Positions 18,833-29,421 of a stretch of 64,000 bases of DNA are shown here, piece after piece; position 1 is the first letter of the stretch, and each line of letters starts with the position of its first letter. Origin of the DNA: Gemmatimonadota bacterium (GTDB taxonomy: Bacteria; Gemmatimonadota; Gemmatimonadetes; Palauibacterales; Palauibacteraceae); contig OY762926.1 of the NCBI GenBank assembly GCA_963666735.1, positions 480,001 through 544,000 of the forward strand. The letters are read 5' to 3'. The position numbers and the translations under genes were made by a program. The notes beneath the pieces are model-generated. The model had not been told where the DNA came from. It made no database searches and was given only the letters and a program-made list of their open reading frames with translations.

Positions 18833-19516
18833 ATGAACGAGCACGTGATGAAATTCATAGAGAAGGAATTGGCGAGGGATCCCGGGGTCTCGAACGCGAC
18901 GCTCTTTGAGGGGGCGAAACTCATAGACAAGGCCATCGGGAAGCTGAATCCGAGGCAGTTCCACGCGAAGTATCCGCTGCAGGTCAAGCGGCGTCTGGGC
19001 GGCGCAGGCTCCGGGCGGGCGGCTCCGGCGCGCGCAAGGGCGAAGGCGGCGCGGCGGCCGCGCGTCTCGACGGGGGATGCGGGCGCCGCGGTCCTGGCAT
19101 ATGTGACGCGCGTGCTCAAGAGGAATCCCGAGGTCAAGAACGCGGAGTTGTTCAAGGGCGCCTGTGAGATCGACGCTTCAGTCGCCGAGCTGTCGGCTCG
19201 GCAGTTCCACGCAAAATACCCGCTTCAGGTGAAGCGGCGCATGGCCACGGCCGCCGCGCCGGCCCCCGTCGCGCCGGCTCCGGCTCCGGCTCCGGCTCCC
19301 GCCGCTCCGGCTGTGGCGGAGCCCGCGCCGCCGACTGCCACGGCCCCCGCGGCCGAAGTCCCATCGATGGGAGATGGGGACGCGGCCGCCGTCCGCGGAC
19401 TGCTCTTCAATCTGGCGAGAGAACTGGCCAACGCCGGGACGCAGGCCGAGACGATCGAAGTCATGGTGCGGCTGGACGGTTACGTGGACGACATCATGCA
19501 GGCGGCTCGAAACTGA
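18833..19516 (+). CDS. Hypothetical basic protein with two copies of a ~50-aa domain ending RQFHAKYPLQVKRR
   Basis: GAGGAGG before ATG; clear internal duplication; Pro/Ala linker (CCGGCT x4 at 19274-19297); helical acidic C-terminus. Confidence 0.8.
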   Translation: MNEHVMKFIEKELARDPGVSNATLFEGAKLIDKAIGKLNPRQFHAKYPLQVKRRLGGAGSGRAAPARARAKAARRPRVSTGDAGAAVLAYVTRVLKRNPEVKNAELFKGACEIDASVAELSARQFHAKYPLQVKRRMATAAAPAPVAPAPAPAPAPAAPAVAEPAPPTATAPAAEVPSMGDGDAAAVRGLLFNLARELANAGTQAETIEVMVRLDGYVDDIMQAARN

Positions 19517-19614
19517 GTCGCACCGGCCGGCCGGCTCCCGGCTGGCGGTCCGCTTCGCCGCAGTTTCCGAGAGCCCGGCGTACATGCGTCGGGCTCTCGT
19601 CGTTTCTGGCCGCG

Positions 19615-20424
19615 GTGCTCGGCGTCGCCCTCGCCGGGCCGGCGGCGGCGCAACTGAAGCGGGACGCGCTCGTTCAGCCCGTGGGTGTGGGAGACGGCGA
19701 AGCCATCATGGGTGTCGGCTTCACTCGCACGACGAACGGCGCCTTCCCGCTGGCCGGACTCAGAGGAGATCTGAACGCCTTCCCGGTGCTCCACGCCGCC
19801 TGGGCGATCGGGCCGCACGCGGTGCTCGAACTGAAGGGGGCGGCACGGAAGGTTCTCGAGATCGAGGGGCGAGATCCGGTTGCCGCCGTCGAGCTTGATC
19901 CCTCCGTTCGAGACGGCACGACGCGCGACGTGGGCGATTTCGAACTCGCCATCTCCCTCGCGCCTCTCGGAGGGCCCAGGGGCTTCTCGGCCGGGGGGCA
20001 CGTGGGAGTCAAGCTGCCGAACTCCGACGAAACGAGGGGAATCGGCACGAACACGACGGACGTCACGATCGCGGCCCTGTTTTCCTGGGCCTCCGCTCGC
20101 TGGCGCGCGACCGGCTGGTTCGGCGTCGGCATCCTGGCGGTGCCGGCCGAGCCCTTCGAGCAGAACGATGCGTTCGCCTACGCGTTCGAAGCTTCATGGG
20201 ACGTGGCCCCGCCCTGGCGGCTATCCGTCGGGACCCAAGGGCGGTCCAGTACAAGGAGGGTGTCGCCGCCCGGGACCGGCGACCTCGGCGAACTCCGGGC
20301 CACGGTGGAGTGGAGACGGGGACCGGTGGCCATCGACGGGGCGGTCGGGCACGGGACCACCGAAATGAGCGGAGATTGGAATATGCGCGCGGGCGTCGCC
20401 TGGACGCTTGCCGGGAATCCGTAG
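19615..20424 (+). CDS. Hypothetical exported beta-strand-rich protein, possibly an outer-membrane barrel (true start probably upstream)
   Basis: Signal peptide ending GPAAA-Q; alternating beta pattern; VKLPNSDE...GIGT motif; C-terminal AGVAWTL. Confidence 0.65.
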   Translation: MLGVALAGPAAAQLKRDALVQPVGVGDGEAIMGVGFTRTTNGAFPLAGLRGDLNAFPVLHAAWAIGPHAVLELKGAARKVLEIEGRDPVAAVELDPSVRDGTTRDVGDFELAISLAPLGGPRGFSAGGHVGVKLPNSDETRGIGTNTTDVTIAALFSWASARWRATGWFGVGILAVPAEPFEQNDAFAYAFEASWDVAPPWRLSVGTQGRSSTRRVSPPGTGDLGELRATVEWRRGPVAIDGAVGHGTTEMSGDWNMRAGVAWTLAGNP

Positions 20425-20478
20425 GCGGCTCATCGTCCGGCGACCGGATCCGGAATACACGACTCAGGGAGGAACGTC

Positions 20479-20859
20479 ATGAGCGACGCGAAGCCCCGGC
20501 ATTTCCGCTGGGAGGAGTTGCCGTGGGAGCGCGTAACCGAGCAGTTGGGCCGGCGCATGGTGACGGGAGACCGGGCCATGATCGCCCAGGTCCTGCTCGA
20601 GGAGGGCGCGGTCGTTCCCACACACTCGCACGAGAATGAGCAGTTCACATACATCCTCGAGGGCGCGCTGCACTTCTGGCTCGGCGAAGACGGGAGCGAG
20701 GAGGTCGTCGTGCGCGCGGGCGAGATCCTTCACATTCCTTCTCACGTCCCCCACAAGGCCATAGCGCTCGAGAAGACGCTGGATCTCGACATCTTCTGTC
20801 CTCCCCGCACGGACTGGCTCGATGGGACGGACTCCTACTTCCACGACACGGACGCCTGA
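20479..20859 (+). CDS. Cupin domain protein
   Basis: PTHSHENEQ...G and IPSHVPH cupin motifs; GGAGG SD. Confidence 0.9.
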   Translation: MSDAKPRHFRWEELPWERVTEQLGRRMVTGDRAMIAQVLLEEGAVVPTHSHENEQFTYILEGALHFWLGEDGSEEVVVRAGEILHIPSHVPHKAIALEKTLDLDIFCPPRTDWLDGTDSYFHDTDA

Positions 20860-21650
20860 TGGATCTGGGGATCGCGGGCCGTGTCGCCCTGGTCGCCGCC
20901 TCCTCGAAGGGCCTCGGCCGGGCCGTGGCGGAGGAACTGGCGGCGGAAGGGACTCACCTGGCGATGTGCGCGCGCGGGCAGGCGGCGCTCGCGGAAGCCG
21001 TGGCCTCCGCGGATGCGCGCGGGCCGGGCGACGTCTTCGGTATCGCGGCCGATCTGTCGGATCCGGCGGATGTGGCCGGTCTGGTCGAAGCGGCGATGAG
21101 CCGTTTCGGACGCGTGGATATCCTCGTGAACAACGCGGGCGGGCCGCCGGCCGGGAAGTTCGAGGACCACGACCGGGGGGCGTGGAAGGCGGCCGTGCGC
21201 CTCAACCTCGAGAGCGCCCTCGACCTGACGCGCGCGGTGCTGCCCGGCATGAGGGAGCGCGGGTGGGGACGGATCCTGAACATCACCTCGGTCGCGGTGA
21301 AGGAACCGGTGGATGGCCTGATCCTCTCCAACAGCGTGCGCGCCGCCGTGACCGGCTTCGCAAAAACCCTCTCGAACGAGGTCGCGTCGTTCGGCATCAC
21401 CGTGAACAACGTGCTTCCGGGCTTCACGCGCACCGCGAGGCTGGAGGAACTGGCCGCCGTGCACGCCGAAGCCGGTGGGATCTCGATGGAGGAGGTGGAG
21501 GCGGGATGGAACGCCGCGATTCCCGCGAGCCGGCTCGGTGAGCCGCGCGAGTTCGCCGCGGTCGTGGCATTCCTCGCCTCCGAGCGCGCCAGCTACGTGA
21601 CGGGCGTGTCCATCGCCGTCGACGGGGGCCGCACCAGGGCCCTGCAGTGA
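20859..21650 (+). CDS. SDR family oxidoreductase (atypical, no catalytic Tyr: LSNSVR)
   Basis: ASSKGLG, DILVNNAGGP, GITVNNVLPG, VDGG. Confidence 0.9.
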   Translation: MDLGIAGRVALVAASSKGLGRAVAEELAAEGTHLAMCARGQAALAEAVASADARGPGDVFGIAADLSDPADVAGLVEAAMSRFGRVDILVNNAGGPPAGKFEDHDRGAWKAAVRLNLESALDLTRAVLPGMRERGWGRILNITSVAVKEPVDGLILSNSVRAAVTGFAKTLSNEVASFGITVNNVLPGFTRTARLEELAAVHAEAGGISMEEVEAGWNAAIPASRLGEPREFAAVVAFLASERASYVTGVSIAVDGGRTRALQ

Positions 21651-23884
21651 TCTTCGCGGCCCGGCGCTCGGCCGGGAGGCGGGGTGCCAGCCCGGCCGCC
21701 GCTGCGCTGGGCGCCGTCGGGGTGCTGGGCGGGGGACTCTGGCTGTGGGTGGGCGCGGCGCCCCCGGGGATGCCGCCCGGACAGGAGGCGCGTGCGTGCA
21801 CGCCCGCCGCCGCGCAGGGGGCCGCGGCGAACCCCGACCTGTACTGCATGGCCCTGTTCCCGACGCCCCGCGTGCCCGGCGCGGCCGGCACGGTCGAACT
21901 GCGCCGCCCGCCGGGACCGTTCTCCATGGGAGTGACGCCGGACGGACGTCTCCTGTACGACGCGGTGATCTCGACGGACCTTCCGCCGCCCTCCACGCTC
22001 GGGCCGTACGACCGTTACGTCGCCTGGGCCTCGACACAGGTGCTGTCGCCCATCGAACGGCTCGGGGAGGTCCCGGCCCGCGGACGCGTCGACGTGGGGC
22101 AGGTCGGGTTCAACAAGTTCCTCATCCTGATTACGGCGGAATCCGGCGCGGCGCCCGGAGCCGAACCTGGAGCGGAACCTGGGGCGGACGCGGAGCCGGC
22201 GGGACCGTACGTGCTGCGGGCCCAGTCGCCTTCCAGTCGCATGCAGCCCGCCGACTTCCTCGAGTTTGCGCTCGGCGCTTCCCGGATGGATCCCGGCGAG
22301 ATGGCGATGGACGACGCGTGGAGCGGGGTGCCGATGCCCGACGGGGTCATGATGCTTCCGGCGCTCATGGAGCTTCGGCCGGACGTACAGCCCTGGCTGC
22401 CGGGCGACGGCTGGGAGGGCGAAATCGTCGACGCCCGCCCCCGCGAATTGATCGAACTGGCCGATGGCGACTCGCTCGCGCTGGACGCGATCTACGTGCG
22501 CCGCCGCATCGGGAGCCGCGAACTCCTCGGCTACGGCTTCAACGGACAGATCCCGGGGCCCCTCCTCTGGGTTCCCGAGGACGCGACCGTCACGATCGAT
22601 TTCACGAACCGCATCGACTGGCCGACCGCGATCCACTGGCACGGCCTCCGTCTCGACAACCGCTTCGACGGCGTCCCCGGCCTGACGCAGGATCCCGTCG
22701 CCCCCGGCGAGAGCTTCCGTTACACGGTGCATTTCCCCGACCCCGGCCTCTACTGGTACCACCCCCACCACCGCGAGGACGTCCAGCAGGATCTGGGACT
22801 GGCGGGCAACCTCATGGTCCGCTCCGGAGACCCCGGCTACTACGGTCCGGTCCACCGCGAGGAGGTCGTCATGCTCGACGACCTGCTCGTGGGCGAGCAC
22901 GGGATCGTCCCCTTCGGACTGGAGCGCGCCACGCATGCGTTGATGGGCCGGTTCGGCAACACCATGCTCGTGAACGGGGAGCCCGACTACGCGCTGAACG
23001 TGGAGCGCGGGTCCGTCGTCCGTTTCTACTTCACCAACGCGTCGAACACGCGGACGTTCAACCTCTCCTTCGGCGGAGCGCCGATGAAGCTCGTGGGCGC
23101 CGACGTGGGCAACTTCGAGCGGGAGGCGTGGGTCGAGAGCGTGATCATCGCGCCGGCGGAGCGCTACATCGTGCATGTCGCCTTCCCCGAGAGCGGGAGC
23201 TACGCCCTTCTGAACCGTGTCCAGGGGATCGATCACATCGGCGGCAGCTTCTTCCCCGAACAGGACACGCTGGGCGTCGTTCGGGTCGGCGCCGGGGACG
23301 CGACGCCGGATTTGAACGAGACCTTCGAGACGCTGCGTCGGAACGGGCGCGCGAGCGAGGAGATCGCACCCTACCGCCTGCTGTTCGACCGCCCGGTCGA
23401 CCTCACGCTGGAACTCGACATGACGACGCGTGGCCTCCCGCTCGTCGTCGAGCGTCTCATGCAGGTGGATTCGTCGTACTTCCACCCGATCGAGTGGTCG
23501 GGAACGATGCCGATGATGAACCTGATGTCGACGCCGGAGAACGTGTCGTGGACGCTGCGCGAACCCTCGACGGGACTCGAGAACGAGGCGGTCCGGTGGA
23601 CGTTTCGGGTGGGCGACGTGGTCAAACTGAGGCTCCGGAGCCGCCGCGAGACGCTGCACCAGATGCAGCATCCGATCCATATCCACGGCCAGCGCTTTCT
23701 CGTCCTCGCCACGAACGGCGTCGCGCACGACAACTTTGCCTGGAAGGACACGGCCGTTGTCCCGGTCGGCGGTTCGCTCGACATCCTGCTCGAACTCTCG
23801 AACCCCGGCCGCTGGATGCTCCACTGCCACATCGCCGAACACCTGGAGGCGGGCATGAGGATGGTGTTCACGGTGGAGCCGTGA
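21647..23884 (+). CDS. Multicopper oxidase with N-terminal extension
   Basis: HWHG, YWYHPH, HPIHIHG and HCHIAEHLEAGM copper-site motifs. Confidence 0.93.
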   Translation: MIFAARRSAGRRGASPAAAALGAVGVLGGGLWLWVGAAPPGMPPGQEARACTPAAAQGAAANPDLYCMALFPTPRVPGAAGTVELRRPPGPFSMGVTPDGRLLYDAVISTDLPPPSTLGPYDRYVAWASTQVLSPIERLGEVPARGRVDVGQVGFNKFLILITAESGAAPGAEPGAEPGADAEPAGPYVLRAQSPSSRMQPADFLEFALGASRMDPGEMAMDDAWSGVPMPDGVMMLPALMELRPDVQPWLPGDGWEGEIVDARPRELIELADGDSLALDAIYVRRRIGSRELLGYGFNGQIPGPLLWVPEDATVTIDFTNRIDWPTAIHWHGLRLDNRFDGVPGLTQDPVAPGESFRYTVHFPDPGLYWYHPHHREDVQQDLGLAGNLMVRSGDPGYYGPVHREEVVMLDDLLVGEHGIVPFGLERATHALMGRFGNTMLVNGEPDYALNVERGSVVRFYFTNASNTRTFNLSFGGAPMKLVGADVGNFEREAWVESVIIAPAERYIVHVAFPESGSYALLNRVQGIDHIGGSFFPEQDTLGVVRVGAGDATPDLNETFETLRRNGRASEEIAPYRLLFDRPVDLTLELDMTTRGLPLVVERLMQVDSSYFHPIEWSGTMPMMNLMSTPENVSWTLREPSTGLENEAVRWTFRVGDVVKLRLRSRRETLHQMQHPIHIHGQRFLVLATNGVAHDNFAWKDTAVVPVGGSLDILLELSNPGRWMLHCHIAEHLEAGMRMVFTVEP

Positions 23885-23934
23885 CGCGGTAGGTTTTTCG
23901 GGCCCCCGAACGGCTCAACTCACTGGAGTGTCCC

Positions 23935-25380
23935 ATGAGAAAGCTCATCGCGGCCCCCGTCGCGCTCGCGGCCCTGCTCGCCCCGGTCGCCCCGGCCCAC
24001 CTGTCCGCGCAGTCGGCGGCGGAACTCAGCGCCGAGACCTCGGAGTTCGTGTCCATCGCCGGCCCGACCGTCGCTCTCACCGGCGTCAAGGTCATCGACG
24101 GGACCGGCGCCGGCGCCCGGACGAACCAGACCGTCGTGATCGAAGGGAACCGGATCGCCGCGGCCGGTCCGGCGGGCACGGTCGAGATTCCGTCCGGCGC
24201 CGAGGTCCGTGAACTGCCGGGACACACCGTGATCCCGGGGATGATCGGACTCCACAACCACATGTTCTTCATGGGCGCCGGGGGCCGGATGTCCCAGGGC
24301 AACATCTCCTCCCCGCGCCTCTACCTCGCGGCGGGGGTCACGACGATCCGCACGACGGGCAGCGTCTCGCCCTACGCCGATCTCAACGTCAAGTCGAACA
24401 TCGAGCGCGGACTGGCGCCGGGACCCCGCATGCACGTGACGGCGCCGTACGTGACCGGACCCAACCCGGCCCTCGGGGACATGGCTCAGGTGAACTCGCC
24501 CGAGGAGGCGCGCCGCTTCGTTCGCTACTGGGCCGGGGAGGGCGCGTCCTGGATCAAGGCCTACACGACGATCCGCCGCGCGGAACTCGCCGCCGTCGTC
24601 GAGGAGGCGCACGCGCACGGCCTCCGGGTCACGGGGCACATCTGCTCGATCACCTTCCAGGAGGCCGTCGACCTGGGGATGGACAACATCGAGCACGGAT
24701 TCGGGACCGCGACGGACTTCGATCCGCGCAAGCGGCCCGACGAGTGTCCGCCCAATTCCATGATCAGGGTCGGGGAACAGGGCGATCCGACGGGGGAGAC
24801 GGCCCGGGCGCTGATCCTCTCCATGGTCGAGAACGACGTGGGGATGACGTCGACGATGGCCGTGATCGAGCCCATGACGAAGGGGCGGGCCGTCCTCGAC
24901 GAGCGAACGCTCGAGGCGATGGCTCCAGAGGTGCGGGAGGACTACCTCGAGATGGTGGACAGGATCGAGGCGGATCCCGGCTGGTCCATGACGGAGACGC
25001 ACCTCCAGAAGCACATGGCGTTCGAGCGCGGCTTCGTCGAGGCCGGGGGCGTGCTGGCGGCCGGCGTGGACCCGACCGGGATCGGGGGGGCGATCGCCGG
25101 CTTCGGGGACCAGCGGAACTACGAGCTTCTCATCGAGGCGGGGTTCGACGCCTCGACGGTGGTCCGGATCGTGAGCGCGAACGGCGCCCGCATCATGGGC
25201 GTGGACGACGAGGTCGGGACGATCGAGCCCGGGAAGCTCGCGGATCTGGTCGTGCTCGAGGGCGATCTCGAGTCGGACTCCGCGATCATCAGGAATGTGA
25301 CGGTCGTGTTCAAGGACGGCGTCGGTTACGACTCGGAGAAGCTCATCGACTCCGTGAAGGGGATGGTCGGGATTCGGTAA
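23935..25380 (+). CDS. Secreted amidohydrolase family protein (copy 1)
   Basis: Signal peptide; PGMIGLHNH, GVTTIR, GTIEPGKLADLVV. Confidence 0.9.
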   Translation: MRKLIAAPVALAALLAPVAPAHLSAQSAAELSAETSEFVSIAGPTVALTGVKVIDGTGAGARTNQTVVIEGNRIAAAGPAGTVEIPSGAEVRELPGHTVIPGMIGLHNHMFFMGAGGRMSQGNISSPRLYLAAGVTTIRTTGSVSPYADLNVKSNIERGLAPGPRMHVTAPYVTGPNPALGDMAQVNSPEEARRFVRYWAGEGASWIKAYTTIRRAELAAVVEEAHAHGLRVTGHICSITFQEAVDLGMDNIEHGFGTATDFDPRKRPDECPPNSMIRVGEQGDPTGETARALILSMVENDVGMTSTMAVIEPMTKGRAVLDERTLEAMAPEVREDYLEMVDRIEADPGWSMTETHLQKHMAFERGFVEAGGVLAAGVDPTGIGGAIAGFGDQRNYELLIEAGFDASTVVRIVSANGARIMGVDDEVGTIEPGKLADLVVLEGDLESDSAIIRNVTVVFKDGVGYDSEKLIDSVKGMVGIR

Positions 25381-25440
25381 CGGGGGACCCCGCCGAGAAT
25401 GGACCCGGGCAGGGACCCGTCGAGAGAGGTCGAGAGAGGA

Positions 25441-26916
25441 ATGAAGATGGCCAGCCAGTATCATCGCGCCGGAAGCAGGGTCTCCGCGGCTCGCGCCGCG
25501 CCCGCGGTGCTCGCCACCCTCGCGGTCGTGGCGGCCGGGTTCGCCGATGCGCTGGCCGCGCAGAGCTATGATCGGCTGTCCGAGGAAACCCGCGCCTACG
25601 TCGCCGTGCGGGGGCCGGCCGTGGCGCTCGAACACGTCCGCGTGATCGACGGCACCGGCGGCCCGGCGCTCGAGGATCAGACGGTGCTGCTCCGCGACGG
25701 GCGGATCGCCGCCGTGGGCCCCGCCTCGTCCGTCTCGGTACCGGAGGACGCGGATCGTCACGACCTGGGCGGCCACACGGTGATCCCCGGGATGGTCGGC
25801 ATGCACGACCATCTGTTTTACACCTCCGTCGGGGGACGGCGCGTGCAGCTCGGCTACAGCGCGCCGCGGCTCTACCTCGGCTCCGGCGTCACGACGATCC
25901 GCACGACGGGGAGCTTCACGCCCTACGCGGATGTCCACCTGAAGGACGCGGTCGACCGCGGCGACTCACCGGGCCCCCGCATCCACATCACGGCACCGTA
26001 CATCACCGGCTCGACGGGCTCGCCCCACCAGGCCCGCATGACCTCCCCCGAACAGGCACGGCGCTTCGTCGAATACTGGGCGGAGGAGGGGGCCACGTGG
26101 GTGAAGGCGTACACATCGATCGGGAGCGCCGAACTCGGAGCGGCGATCGAGGAGGCGCACCGTCTGGGCCTCCGCGTCACCGGACACCTGTGTTCGGTGA
26201 GCTTCCAGGAGGCCGTCGCGCTCGGAATCGACAACCTCGAGCACGGGATGCTCACGGCGTCCGATTTCGTGCCGGAGAAGGAGCCCGACCGCTGTCCCGG
26301 CAACATCATGCAGCGGGCCGGGGGCTCGGATCCCACGGGACCCATCGCGCGGGAGACGATCGAGGCGATGGTGGAGGCCGGGGTGGGGCTCACCGCCACG
26401 CTCGCGGTCTACGAGGCTTTCTTCCCCGACCGCGACGTCGTGGATGAGCGCACGCTCGAGCTGATGGCTCCGGACCTTCGGGAAGCGTACCTCGATGAGC
26501 GCGGGCGCATTCAGGAGATCGGGCCGGATCCTGAGAATTTCCGGAACGAACTGCGTTTCGAGAAAGCGTTCGTGGACGCGGGCGGGCTGCTCGCCGCGGG
26601 CGTCGACCCGACCGGCAACGGGGGAGCTCTGCCGGGTTTCGGGAACCAGCGGAACTTCGAGCTTCTGCTGGAGGCCGGACTCTCGGCGGTGCAGGCCGTG
26701 CAGGTGGTGAGCGCCAACGGCGCGAGGATCCTCGGCATGGACGACGAACTCGGCACCGTGGAGGCCGGGAAGGTGGCCGACCTCATCGTCCTGAACGGCG
26801 ATCCCGCGAGCGATCCGGGAGCGATTCGCGCGGTTCGCTGGGTGTTCAAGGACGGCGTCGGATACGATTCCCGCGCGCTGATTCAGGCGACACGGGGCCT
26901 CGTCGGGATCCGATGA
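25441..26916 (+). CDS. Secreted amidohydrolase family protein (copy 2, tandem paralog)
   Basis: [28 protein letters not shown]; collinear with the upstream gene; same GIR C-terminus. Confidence 0.9.
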   Translation: MKMASQYHRAGSRVSAARAAPAVLATLAVVAAGFADALAAQSYDRLSEETRAYVAVRGPAVALEHVRVIDGTGGPALEDQTVLLRDGRIAAVGPASSVSVPEDADRHDLGGHTVIPGMVGMHDHLFYTSVGGRRVQLGYSAPRLYLGSGVTTIRTTGSFTPYADVHLKDAVDRGDSPGPRIHITAPYITGSTGSPHQARMTSPEQARRFVEYWAEEGATWVKAYTSIGSAELGAAIEEAHRLGLRVTGHLCSVSFQEAVALGIDNLEHGMLTASDFVPEKEPDRCPGNIMQRAGGSDPTGPIARETIEAMVEAGVGLTATLAVYEAFFPDRDVVDERTLELMAPDLREAYLDERGRIQEIGPDPENFRNELRFEKAFVDAGGLLAAGVDPTGNGGALPGFGNQRNFELLLEAGLSAVQAVQVVSANGARILGMDDELGTVEAGKVADLIVLNGDPASDPGAIRAVRWVFKDGVGYDSRALIQATRGLVGIR

Positions 26917-27587
26917 CGGAGGGCGGTGCGTATCGTCCGGTGCCGCTGGCGACGTTCACGCGGCGCGAGGAGGAGGAAATGGTCCGTTGTGCGCGGGCCT
27001 TCCGCGATGAGATGCGACGTCGCCGGACGGTCCGCGAGTACTCCGGCGACCCTGTCCCCGCGGAGGTCATCGATGCCTGCATCGAGGCAGCGGGAACGGC
27101 CCCCAACGGCGCGAACCGGCAACCGTGGCACTTCGTCGTCGTGCGCGACCCCGAGGTGAAGCGCCGGATCCGGGCGGAGGCGGAGAAGGAAGAGCGGGAT
27201 TTCTACGCACATCGTGCGCCGGCCGCGTGGCTGGAGGCGCTCGCCCACCTCGGAACGGACGAACGCAAGCCGTTCCTGGAGACGGCGCCCGCCCTCATCG
27301 CGATCTTCGCGGAGAGTTACGAAATGCGCGGCGAGGAGAAGCTCAAGAACTACTACGTGACGGAATCCGTCGGCATCGCCACGGGAATTCTCATCACGGC
27401 GCTGCACCACGCGGGGCTCGCCACCCTCACCCACACGCCGAGCCCCATGGGCTTTCTGAACAGGGTGCTCGACCGTCCCCCGAACGAGCGCCCCTTCCTG
27501 CTGCTCGTCGTGGGCTACCCCGCGGAGGACGCGCTCGTCCCCCAAATCACCAAGAAGCCGCTGGACCGCATCGCCTCCCGCCGTTAG
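26913..27587 (+). CDS. Nitroreductase superfamily protein, iodotyrosine deiodinase (IYD)-like
   Basis: [50 protein letters not shown]. Confidence 0.82.
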   Translation: MTEGGAYRPVPLATFTRREEEEMVRCARAFRDEMRRRRTVREYSGDPVPAEVIDACIEAAGTAPNGANRQPWHFVVVRDPEVKRRIRAEAEKEERDFYAHRAPAAWLEALAHLGTDERKPFLETAPALIAIFAESYEMRGEEKLKNYYVTESVGIATGILITALHHAGLATLTHTPSPMGFLNRVLDRPPNERPFLLLVVGYPAEDALVPQITKKPLDRIASRR

Positions 27588-28654
27588 CCGGCGCCGGGGG
27601 ACGGGCCCCGGGCGTCGAGGAACCGTTGGGCGCGCCGCCGGGCCGCGTGAAGCGGCGATGCATCGGCGGTGGCTGCCTCCTCGAACATCTCTCGCAGTGA
27701 CGACCCGATCTCGTCGACGCGGGCCCGAAGCCGGCCCTCGTCCCGCTCGCCCTGATGGATGGTGGCGAAGGCCACCGCCCCGCCCGCGTTGATCACGTAG
27801 TCGGGGGCGTAGAGGATCCCGCGCTCGTGCAGCCCTTCCGCGTCGGCTTCCGAGAGGAGCTGGTTGTTCGCGGAACCGGCGACGATCCGGCAGCGCAGAC
27901 GCGGGATCGTGTCGGGGTTCAGTGTCGCCCCCACCGCGCACGGAGCGTACACGTCGACGTCCAGGTCCCACATGTCATCGAGGGGGACGACCTTGCCCCC
28001 GAATCGTGCCTGGGCGCGCCGCGCGGCGGCTTCACGGAGGTCCGTCAGGTAGAGCGCGGCCCCGGCGCCGGCCAGCAGCCCGGCGAGCGGGAGACCAGCG
28101 CCGCCAAGCCCCTGGATGAGCACGGAACGGGCGTTGAGGTTCGCCTCGCCGAACCGGTGTTCGAGCGCGGTCCGCATCCCGGCGAGCACACCGCGCGCCG
28201 TATACGGCCCAGGATCGCCCGGCTCTCCGTCGATGAGGCCGACGGCGTATCCGGAGATGGCTCCGATCCGGGCCATGTCGTCCGGCGTCGTGCCGAGATC
28301 CACGCCGGTCTGAAAGGCGCCGCGGAGCGACACGAGCCGCGCCGCGTAGCGGTCGATCAGGCCTGCGCGGGCTTCGTCGCCCAGGTCGTCCGGGACGGCA
28401 ATGACTGCCTTCCCCCCGCCGAACCGAATGCCGGCGCTCGCCCATTTGCAGGTCATGCCCTCGGCAAGGCGCATGGCGTCGACCAGGCCCTCGACCGGCG
28501 CCGGATAGGCGGCCATGCGGGTCCCTCCGGCGGCTGGACCCAGCCGCGTATCGTGCAGGGCGACGAATATCCAGGCCCCCGTGGCGGAGTCGAACGCGGT
28601 GACGACGGACTCGCCGTCCCACGCCTCCATGACGTCGAGATAGCTGCGGGTCAT
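27584..28654 (-). CDS. Glu/Leu/Phe/Val dehydrogenase (Leu/Phe/Val type)
   Basis: [49 protein letters not shown]. Confidence 0.92.
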   Translation of the reverse strand: MTRSYLDVMEAWDGESVVTAFDSATGAWIFVALHDTRLGPAAGGTRMAAYPAPVEGLVDAMRLAEGMTCKWASAGIRFGGGKAVIAVPDDLGDEARAGLIDRYAARLVSLRGAFQTGVDLGTTPDDMARIGAISGYAVGLIDGEPGDPGPYTARGVLAGMRTALEHRFGEANLNARSVLIQGLGGAGLPLAGLLAGAGAALYLTDLREAAARRAQARFGGKVVPLDDMWDLDVDVYAPCAVGATLNPDTIPRLRCRIVAGSANNQLLSEADAEGLHERGILYAPDYVINAGGAVAFATIHQGERDEGRLRARVDEIGSSLREMFEEAATADASPLHAARRRAQRFLDARGPSPGAG

Positions 28655-28820
28655 GCATTCTCCGGGTTCGATTCGTACACCAGCGGGTGCACCGGCGGGT
28701 GCGCGAGCGCGGTCAGACTATCGCGCGCCGCCCGCCCGGGCGACATTGGAACATGTGGGACGCGATCGCGTATCGGTGCTCGGGAGGAAAGACGGCGACG
28801 ACCGACCGGGAGATGATGGG

Positions 28821-29417
28821 ATGACGACACTGTTCTTCGGAGATATGCTGCCCCCGTCGCCTGCAGCCGAGAGTCGCCGCGAACACGTCCTCGTCGGTAC
28901 CGCAACTCCCCTCAAGCTCGATGTCCGGCCGATCGAGCACCACCTGACGCCCCGAGGCAGTATCTGCATAGGGACCTTTCACGAGGACAAGCCGATCGGG
29001 CGCTGCGCCATCCCCGGCGACAGCGTGAAGGACTTCCTCGAGATGGATCTCTTCGACAGGCCGGTCGCGCTCGCGCTGAACGTCCGCAGGGGCGGACCGG
29101 GCGTGGAAGGCAGCATCCTCGCGCTTGTACCGATGGACCGGGCGTCGCCGGGGGGGTCGGAGCGGGATGAGCCGTGGAGGGCCAGCGTCCCCGGGGCAGC
29201 GTACGACGACGCGATCAAGGCGGGCGGCGGCGACTCCGGGTCCACTCAGCTGGTCGGGATCTTCCTCGGCGAGGTCGTGCGGTTCGAGGGCGACCGGCGC
29301 GAGCCGGCGTCGATGCTCCGCGAAGCCGCCGACATGCTGGCGTGCGTCATCCGCGGGCAGGTGGACAGCGTCGGCGGCCGTGTGATCGAAGACCTGACGG
29401 CGCGCCCCGAGGGCTGA
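28821..29417 (+). CDS. Hypothetical protein (start uncertain)
   Basis: Protein-like composition; fills the gap and ends 4 nt before tag. Confidence 0.55.
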   Translation: MTTLFFGDMLPPSPAAESRREHVLVGTATPLKLDVRPIEHHLTPRGSICIGTFHEDKPIGRCAIPGDSVKDFLEMDLFDRPVALALNVRRGGPGVEGSILALVPMDRASPGGSERDEPWRASVPGAAYDDAIKAGGGDSGSTQLVGIFLGEVVRFEGDRREPASMLREAADMLACVIRGQVDSVGGRVIEDLTARPEG

Positions 29418-29421
29418 ACGA

